The notes beneath the pieces were generated by a model. It did not search any database. It was not told where the DNA came from and saw only the letters and a program-made list of their open reading frames with translations. A program made the translations under genes and the position numbers. A stretch of 63,692 bases of DNA, counting the filler, from Collodictyon triciliatum (lineage: Eukaryota), in NCBI GenBank assembly GCA_043381765.1. It is 27 parts of 27 records of this genome, joined end to end, with 100 filler letters (N's around TTAATTAATTAA, not from the genome) between each part and the next. Parts side by side here need not be neighbours in the genome. Positions count along the whole stretch, not along the records: positions 52,639 to 54,904 come from JBHJMP010009180.1; positions 55,005 to 57,270 come from JBHJMP010009181.1; positions 57,371 to 59,636 come from JBHJMP010009182.1; positions 59,737 to 62,000 come from JBHJMP010009183.1; positions 62,101 to 63,692 come from JBHJMP010009304.1; 22 more parts are not named here. One strand, 5' to 3'. Shown one piece after another: positions 54,440 to 63,692 of the stretch (its first letter is position 1; each line of letters starts with the position of its first letter).

Positions 54440-56324
54440 GTGGCTCGTCTGTTACCCACCCCATCTAAACAACCCATTTATCCACCAATACACCACCCTC
54501 TCCACAAAAACAGTACAAGTGAGTACTATCCCGATGACCGCCAAACTGAACGAGTGCAGACGACTGCTAGCTTGTTCGCAGGGGCTGGATGAAAAGAATA
54601 AAAAAAATAAAAAAAAAACCAACCTAACCTTTCCAGCAGTTGCCGATAAACGTGACACGTCTCCTGTTTGTTTGATAATCGACCTTGAGTATGTGTCACA
54701 GGCGAAAAGAATGATTATGTGTTGGTTATCATTGTGCTACTGAGGCGTTTGCTTTCATTTGATTCATTCATATTATTTTTTTTTTCGCTTGGTTAAGTGT
54801 TGCAATGTCAGCTTCATGGACACAATCTTTTCTTTTTCTTCTTGCGCCCATGATGATGGTGGGCTGTAACGATACATGCACTCGCTTTGTGTGCCTTTAT
54901 TCTGNNNNNNNNNNNNNNNNNNNNNNNNNNNNNNNNNNNNNNNNNNNNTTAATTAATTAANNNNNNNNNNNNNNNNNNNNNNNNNNNNNNNNNNNNNNNN
55001 NNNNGCCTTTTTTCTGTGCCCATAACGAGAGAGGCCAGCTCTTTGCTACCCATTATCTGCCGCATTCCTCCGGGCTTCATCAAGGGCGACATCGAAGGTA
55101 CGTGAAAAAACATCACCTCATCTTCACAGTATTCTTCAAGGGTTAAAAGGTGTTTTTGATGAATGAAGCGCTGAATAACAATCCCACATCAGAACTACCC
55201 TAAGTATAAAAATTATTCTATGTTACGTTTCTCTCACTATTTCGTACTCTGTCCAAGAACACAAGGGAAAAGCCAAAAGAAAATATCATGGTTAACACCG
55301 CCACAAACACTAACAGAACGAGCTGTCAATCATAGAAAGACAATGCGGACCTTTTTAAACCCAACCACCCGGAGCTATGGAAGAATAAGCATCGCTCAAG
55401 CAAGAGCAACTCATACAAGAGCTGTCCAAAAAGAGCGGAAGGGTTCTTGGAGACGCGCCTCACACTAAAACAATCTGGGCAATCAATTCAAGGTGCAATA
55501 TTATGAAGTCAGAATTATTTCCTTTTGATGCAAAATGCAAGTTTACTTTTTCATTCGAATAGTATTAGTATACAAGGACAATTCCTAACGAAGATTATCT
55601 TACATGATTTGTCAGTTACTGCAAGGCACATTTGGAAAAAAACGGTTACGTTGAATGGAAGGCAAGCACCTAAGCCTGCAAAACTTAAGTGGTGGTGGTT
55701 TTTTTTATCCCGCGTAAAGCCTTCTCCATGAAATCCAGGCTATAATTAGCGGAGAGTATTACATGAGCATCGGTACTACGATTTTATTTTGTTTGTGAAT
55801 TTGTCATTCTGTGGGAACATACTAACCACCACATATAGTTTGGGACATTTGCACAATTTCGAATAGATTCAGGGGAATTATATAAGTCGACCTGGAAGAA
55901 TATCAATCTATCACGCAGACTTACATACATCACATTTGTATATTATACGAAATAATTAGCATTAAGAGAATGTTTAGTGGCTGCATGATGCATAAGCAAA
56001 TCATACTATATTATTTACAAAAAAGCAATTAAAATATAAAATTCATCTAATATTGAGATATATTCGTATTGACGAATAGTTTATTTCATAATAAAGAAAA
56101 ATAAAACATTCAGAGTTGTAATATTGAGCTATGAGCATTAATACAATATAACCTTGTCAGCCTATTGAAATTATCTAAAACGCATTTAAAATATGAATCG
56201 ATAAATCAAACAACTTCCATTCATGAAAAAGTAGAATAACTTCATTGATAATTGTCATATATTAAAACCCATGAATACGATGTTTTTTATGCAACACACA
56301 CGAAGGAATAGGAAGATTCAAAAC

Positions 56325-57270
56325 ATGTCTGCAACCGAAACAAGCACCGAGGCCAACGTCAGCCTTGTCACCATTGACGAAGTCTGTACAAATACATGCA
56401 TTATCTTAAGAAATATTTTATTTATTGGTCAGGATTGATAACTTAATTTGGCAACTGAGCACAGGCTGTCCTCGAATGGGTGAACCACCATCTGGGAAAA
56501 ATCGAACTCAAGGCGAAGAACATCCGCGATGACTTATGGACGGGTTCTTATTGGCCATGCTGATTGAGGCGGTTACCGGAAAGTCCTTGGGAAGCTACCA
56601 TTCCCGCTTGTTTGCGTATGATTTATTTACGATATACACGATATTTATTGTTTATTTCTTTCATGGATTGGTATTTAATCCCTTTATTTATATCAGTGAC
56701 AGAACTATTGAGGAGGAGGTTCTTGTTGACGAGAATCAAAAACTCATCGTTGATTGGTTTCTGAAATTGAATGTGCGTTATGAGGCTGTTGCTTCTCAGG
56801 CCCATTACGCTGGTTTGCTTTATTTGTTTTAAAGGGAACTGATTTTGGAATTTTTCATATCTCATCCATTTGATTTGTATGAGTAACTGACATATAAATA
56901 TTCTTACAGATTTGCTCAATGCAATGATCCGATATCTAATTGGACATAGTGTTGACCATTTGGGAAGTCTTGGGGTAACAAAATACACCTCCTTTTAATC
57001 TTTCATATTTAAGGTTTTTTTTTATATTTTTTGAACCATGCCAAAATGTAATTCCCAATCGTTAAAAATTGTAGAAAAAATGTCGTGAGAGGTACGATAT
57101 TGCCAAGAAGCTCTGCGAAAGAGCAAAGGCCCCGTTTCCGTTCCAAGGTTGAAATTCGATTTTTATTTAGTTTTTTTATATTTTTATTAATTTATTGTTT
57201 TATATTTATTTCCCAACTAAATTAAATTCAAATATTGATGCAGGTCTTGGTCTGGAAGAAAAAGGCTCTG
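56325..57270 (+). pseudogene. Calponin-homology domain gene with a 1-nt frameshift
   Basis: AVLEWVNHHLGKIELKAKNIRDD//MDGFLLAMLIEAVTGKSL is a CH motif broken at 56534-56536. Four later exons splice in frame. Confidence 0.7.
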
Positions 57271-57375
57271 NNNNNNNNNNNNNNNNNNNNNNNNNNNNNN
57301 NNNNNNNNNNNNNNTTAATTAATTAANNNNNNNNNNNNNNNNNNNNNNNNNNNNNNNNNNNNNNNNNNNNAAAAA

Positions 57376-57421
<46 letters not shown>

Positions 57422-59154
57422 CAAATAGCAATACCGGTTGTAATATTTTGTCAACAAAAGACCACTACGCTTGTATACTGTTGATGAGTGGTCTTTAATC
57501 TGGTGTATGAACGTGCTGGGTACAACTTTTAAAATAAAAAATTCCTGAATTTTCTTTTTGAGACGATTTGGTAACGTTACATCGTTTTAGAGGGGATTTG
57601 AGGATGCTTTCAATAGATATGGTAGATAAATGTTTTGGAATAAGCAGACAGATTACGATTAGAAAAAAAAATAAAAGGGTGCATGTTCCTGTCTCTGAAT
57701 TATCTAGGTAAGAATTCTATTTCTGAGAACCATTTTCGTAGGTTTCAGGCGAAATACATAACCAGTCATCATCGTATTCGAAAGTGCTACTCTGATGGAC
57801 ACATGTCCCCAGGCCAGTTGTAGATGTTCCTATGTGCTGGACTGGCGGTCGCGTCAGTACATATATTGGAATGTTTTTTCTTCCACAATATCGCCCCAGT
57901 TCGATATCATATGGATCTTTGCTGNNNNNNNNNNNNNNNNNNNNNNNNNNNNNNNNNNNNNNNNNNNNNNNNNNNNNNNNNNNNNNNNNNNNNNNNNNNN
58001 NNNNNNNNNNNNNNNNNNNNNNNNNNNNNNNNNNNNNNNNNNNNNNNNNNNNNNNNNNNNNNNNNNNNNNNNNNNNNNNNNNNNNNNNNNNNNNNNNNNN
58101 NNNNNNNNNNNNNNNNNNNNNNNNNNNNNNNNNNNNNNNNNNNNNNNNNNNNNNNNNNNNNNNNNNNNNNNNNNNNNNNNNNNNNNNNNNNNNNNNNNNN
58201 NNNNNNNNNNNNNNNNNNNNNNNNNNNNNNNNNNNNNNNNNNNNNNNNNNNNNNNNNNNNNNNNNNNNNNNNNNNNNNNNNNNNNNNNNNNNNNNNNNNN
58301 NNNNNNNNNNNNNNNNNNNNNNNNNNNNNNNNNNNNNNNNNNNNNNNNNNNNNNNNNNNNNNNNNNNAGAGAAAAAAAAAGAGAAAAGAGAAAAAAGAAA
58401 GAAAAGAAAAAAAAGAGAAAAGAGAAAAAAGAAAGAAAAGAAAAAAAAGAAGTAGCGATAATCAAGAACTTGATGCACCCAAAAGAAGGGGAGGTATGTG
58501 TAGTTTCAATAATGTTTCCATTTTTCTCTACTTTTCTTTTCGTTTTGGGTAGTTTCGATAACAATTCGCATATGAATCGGCCTGTGTTCGCACCAACTGG
58601 CTTTGGCTGCTGTGCTTCAGAAGCCTGTGGCAAAGGGAGGTTTTCAAGGAATCAACAAAGAACCAAAGCAGAGCCAGTCTATTACTGCGCAAATGATGCC
58701 ATACATACAGCATTTTGTTGGGTATCGCTTCTCGCCTTTCTCTTTGTTAATTCTTCCTCCTCTTTTCATTTTGATGTGAGCTCGATGCAGGTATATGCAT
58801 ATTTATGTTGTGGGGATATGACAGAGGCGAACCATTAAGTGAGCGCTTTGACTGCAATGTCTATTGATTGACGAGAATATCTTGATGAATATAACCTCCC
58901 TGAAGTAACAATGGTGTGCACTTATGTGATGAAGAACAGATTTATTTCGGACACTACTCCATAGCATAATTCACTTTGTTCGGGCTTGTATCGCGCATTG
59001 TGCTATTTTGGATGTGCAAGGATATGAATAGCGAAGTTGACTTGTGTTGTCTTTGTATTCAGACTTGTTTCAATTAGGTCGCTGAAGTGGGCCACTGCCT
59101 GTTTTGCAGAATTGTGTTGTGTTTTTATAAACACCCCAAATAGTATTAGTGCCA

Positions 59155-59225
<71 letters not shown>

Positions 59226-59736
59226 AGTTGAAGTTACAATTTAGTATTTAGCTCATGAAAAGGAAATAAAACAACAGCTACTACTTTTTGGATGGGTAAA
59301 ATCAAGTTTACCTCTTGTTCGGTGGCCCCTAAATTGAAAGCTGCTCGAAGATAAAGTAAATCCTTAGTACTGGTGAGCTCTGGTATACCTGTGCAAACCA
59401 TCTATTCGCAAAAATAAAATAAAATAAAATGGGAAATATAAGTGTGTGTCCAATCTAAGGAAATGTGAATATAATGATTCCGAAGAAAAGAAAAGAAAAG
59501 AAAAGCATAAAAAGCATAAAAAGCATAAAAAGCATAAAAAGCATAAAAAGCATAAAAAGCATAAAAAGCATAAAAAGCATAAAAAGCATAAAAAGCATAA
59601 AAAGCATAAAAAGCATAAAAAGCATAAAAAGCATAANNNNNNNNNNNNNNNNNNNNNNNNNNNNNNNNNNNNNNNNNNNNTTAATTAATTAANNNNNNNN
59701 NNNNNNNNNNNNNNNNNNNNNNNNNNNNNNNNNNNN

Positions 59737-62000
59737 CCTGTGGCCTGACCTTGGCTATCCGCGAGATATAGCTTGCCGTTGGTGGGTACGCTTGTGACAG
59801 TGAGTGTGATTGCCAGTCCGTCAAGGTCGCTCGCCGTTACCGTTGTTGCTTGTTGCTGTTGCTCTTGTATCGAAATGCTGCTAGGATTGGACGATATCAC
59901 TGGATTTCGTGCAACAAACCCTACATTTGTTGACACGCTGACAGCTGTCGACGCCAGATTGCTATTGTCTATCACCGTGTACGAGAAGGTGTCGAGGTTG
60001 TTTCCGTAGTCTTTCGCTGCTCCTGCAGACGGTGGTGTGTACACTACAGACACAGCGCTTTGCGATGCACCAAGCGGTGTGATATATCCGGTAGTAATTG
60101 TTGTACTTCCTATGCTCAGCTTGCCGAGGAATCCGCTGGGAATCGTAAACTGCACCTTGACTTGGTCTCCTGCATCGTAGTCGTTGGGGGTGATGCTGAA
60201 TGACGCTGGGGTGTATCGGTTGGTTTGGATAGGATTGGATGAGACTGTGCTCACAGGCGCATGGTTCACGTGCACAACAGAAATCGTCACAGTCGAGGCG
60301 GTCGAATCAAGCTTGCCATCGTTCGCTGTAAACGTGAACGTGGTGTATGGGTTGCCGAAAGAGTATGCAGAGTTCACAAAGCTGACAGACTTTGGTGTGC
60401 CGAGAGAAAACGGGACGGTGTTGATTGCTTGTCCGTTGAACGACAGCGTGCCTTTGGTTGGGAGTGTGCGTATTGTGTACGTCAGTGTCTCAGCTGGCAC
60501 GTTTGCGTCTGTCGCAGCTAGTGTGACGGTCACCGGTGTGTCTTCGTTGGTGCTGACACTTTGCGATTGAGATACGGGTGCGATGTTGACATAGTTGACG
60601 GTTATCGGCACGGTCTTTGTGTCAGCTGCTTGGTTGTTGTCAATCACTTGTACACTGATTTGGTCTGTGTAGAACTGGTTCGCTGCTGGCGTGTATGTCA
60701 GCGTCGCTCCGTTGGATGGGAGGGTGTACTTTGTGTTTACGACTATGGAAGTGCTTTCCATCATCAGCGATGACCCAGCTCTGGTCGGCAGTGCTGTCAC
60801 GGAAAAGCTCAGGGTGTCGCCCACGTCTACATCTTGTCCGTTGATAAGAATAGAAGCTGCGACATTCAGGTTGGTGCTGACTGCTGTCGGCATAGTCGCT
60901 GTGGGCGCGTGGTTGACGTGGTTGACGTTGATTGATAGTGTTTGCTCGTTCGACCGAAGCTGTCCGTCAGACACATAGTATCGGAAGGTGGTCACGGGTT
61001 TACCATACGTGAGCTTTGGAGGTGTGTACCGGATAGTGGTCGACCCACCGGTCATTACAAGTGGTGTGCTGGCTGTCACAGCTGCGCCTCCATACGTAAT
61101 TGTCCCGATTGTCGGAAGCTGAGATATATATGCTGTGATGGCATCTTGGTTGTCGTCTTTGCCTCCCAGTGGTATATCGACAAAGCTGTCCTCATTGCAG
61201 TCGGGTGTAGTTGCGGTTGTGGTTGTTGGTGCAAAATTGACCTGGCTCACACTAAGTGTAAGTGTAAGCGGTGTGGACGATACTTGAGAAGAGTCACGAG
61301 TGACCACCGTTATGGTTGCAACGGGTCCGGTCATGAGAGCGGGTATTCCGACTGTAATGAGCCATGTATTGCTGTTACTGGTCGAGCGCACAAGTTGTGT
61401 GTTGGCTGCGATGTTGATGCCACCGCTGGCTGCTGTCACACCGCTTGTCAGTGTGACTCCTGTGGCCACTGCATTGATGATATCACCGTCTGGGTCGACA
61501 CCACTCACACTGAATATTGCTGTCTGTGTCGATTGCGATGATTGCATGGTGATACTTGGTGCAGTTGCGCTTACAAACGGTGCATAGTTCTTGTCTGCAA
61601 CAGCTACACTCACGGTTGTGGTTGATGACTTGGCGGTGTTCTGAGTGCTCAGGGTGTATGTATCAGTGTTTGCTCCAAGAGATACATAGACAGATGATGG
61701 AATGGGCGCAACATAAACAATTTGACTGCTGATGCTCCCCGCACTGCTTGTGGATATGACTTGACCGCTGCTCAGTGCGTTGCCTGTGGCCTGACCTTGG
61801 CTGTCCGCGAGATATAGCTTGCCGTTGGTGGGTACGCTTGTGACAGTGAGTGTGATTGCCAGTCCGTCAAGGTCGCTCGCCGTTACCGTTGTTGATTTTT
61901 GCTGTTGCTCTTGTATCGAAATGCTGCTAGGATTGGACGATATCACTGGATTTCGTGCAACAAACCCTACATTTGTTGACACGCTGACAGCTGTCGATGC
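59737..62000 (-). CDS. Internal fragment of a large surface protein made of bacterial-type Ig/cadherin-like (Big_9/tandem-95-like) repeats
   Basis: Open across the whole contig with no introns. Thr/Ser/Val-rich units of about 105-125 aa begin NxAP and contain ED, DxD and LPTxGxL motifs. Confidence 0.88.
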
Positions 62001-62100
62001 NNNNNNNNNNNNNNNNNNNNNNNNNNNNNNNNNNNNNNNNNNNNTTAATTAATTAANNNNNNNNNNNNNNNNNNNNNNNNNNNNNNNNNNNNNNNNNNNN

Positions 62101-62195
<95 letters not shown>

Positions 62196-62426
62196 GTGTT
62201 GATGAAATTTACATCAGATCATTTGTTCTGCCATTTTTAAGTCTCATTTTTTAAAAAAATCAAAGTTGGAAGAATTTCAATAGTAATATAGTACATGCCT
62301 TTCAATTTTTTTTAACATTTAAATAAGTGATTATGCGAATTAATTTTTGAAATATTTACAAGATAAGAAACTAAGACGAGGTGTCTAAAGCAAAAGAAAT
62401 GAAGAAATAAGAAGTAAATAAACTAG

Positions 62427-63580
62427 GTACATCTCTTCGACATTTCTATCCCTGGGAAAATTACTTTCAAGGAATCTGACACTTTAACTGCGGGGAATCA
62501 AATCACTACTTTTGAGACTGGTTTGTTTCAAGTACTATTGTTGGCCGATTGTTTACACCTTACACTTTCCCTCGAAAAGATTGCTTCCCCTTTTTTTTTT
62601 TTTTTTTTTTAAATTATCTAAATATCCCCCCAAACCACGCCTTTGTCTATGGTTCTTCTATTTTTTTTTATTTCCAAAAAAAAATAATATTTATTCAGTA
62701 TATCACCCATTCACTCATCTGAAAATGCAACAGATTTCTGTAAAATCGGTGTTGGAATTTGCTATGATATTCGATTTGCCGAGCTCGCTCAAATTATGGC
62801 CAAAGATGGGTGCCGCCTGCTTGTCTACCCAGGAGGTAAGCAAACCAATCCAACATCCAGCCCGCAACATTTTAGTACAGCCCATAAAAATATCCCATCG
62901 AGAGTGAAAGCATCAACATTTTGTGGTTGAGTATGCTCCATCAGCTTTGGTTTTAGATTTTCATGCACATATTTAGATTTAACAAACCACACATACGGAA
63001 AAAAAAAAAGAAAGAAAGAAAAAGAAAACAATCTTGATTGAAAATGAATCACAGAAAAAAGATTGAATTATGCATTCACTATTATTGTTTTTTTTTAAGC
63101 CTTCAATACTACGACCGGCCCAGCACATTGGGAACTTCTTCAACGCGGACGGTAAACGCACTCTTATTTTATTCCTTATTCGATTGCATTTTAAATGAAG
63201 TTTACATGATTGATTTGATTATACCTTATCAAGTTTAATTTTATTGTTAATCTAATGGCTTGTACATGAAAATCCTATCGTTCACTTGGACATATCCCAA
63301 CGACAATACTTTCTGCTGTCTTCCTTTTCTTTTGTATGTGCGGCAAAGTGCCATCGATAACCAAGTTTACGTGTGCACTGCATCCCCTGCAAGGAACCCA
63401 AACTCGAGTTATCAAGCCTGGGGACACTCCACTGTCGTCTCACCCTGGTATTTTTATTTTATGTTATAATGAAAACCAAAAAAGAAAAAAAAAGGCAATA
63501 AATGTTCTTTGATTCTGAATGCAGGGGCGAGGTTTTGGCGACCTGTGAGCATGATGCAGCGATAGTGTACGCAGACCTTG
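62427..63580 (+). CDS. NIT2: Omega-amidase (nitrilase superfamily), partial, 5 exons
   Basis: [19 protein letters not shown]...[14 protein letters not shown]...[29 protein letters not shown]...[16 protein letters not shown]. Confidence 0.93.
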
Positions 63581-63692
63581 GTATAGTGGATTCAAAAAAA
63601 AATAACAACTCTGTAAAGGGGGGGGGGGGGGGGGAAAAAAAAAAAAAAGGAGAAAAAACACAAAAAAAAAAAATTATAAAAAACAAAAAAAA

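Noticed and set aside
57371-59636. Exon-like segments around an internal N gap
   Set aside because: I could not assemble a consistent frame or recognise a product.

Overview
This is not contiguous chromosome. It is 27 unrelated contigs, most about 2.26-2.28 kb and slowly decreasing in size, joined by 26 artificial 100-nt linkers (N-run + TTAATTAATTAA + N-run), so adjacency across a linker means nothing. The DNA is from an AT-rich, microsatellite-laden, intron-rich microbial eukaryote using the standard code. Most ORF-track entries are microsatellite artefacts or exon fragments. Manual splicing recovers GCDH, two GT92-like glycosyltransferases, a UBR7 exon, an LRR protein, an RCC1-repeat protein, a RING/B-box protein, an NHE8-like exchanger, an IBR + MYCBP2-like E3, a DFD-type AGC kinase, archaeal-type iPGM, cytochrome P450 reductase, an NPHP3-like TPR protein, a CH-domain gene, a bacterial-type Ig/cadherin-like adhesin and NIT2. 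There are also many decayed L1/Tx1-type LINE fragments and a nested satellite. The best findings are: (1) a PRXL2B/SelU-family gene with an in-frame TGA at the catalytic position (UxxC), a probable selenoprotein; (2) one-repeat-per-exon TPR and LRR genes; (3) 19- and 51-bp LINE-tail insertions with perfect 18- and 15-bp target-site duplications; (4) an IBR-MYCBP2 hybrid E3; (5) a giant adhesin with a 682-aa super-repeat.
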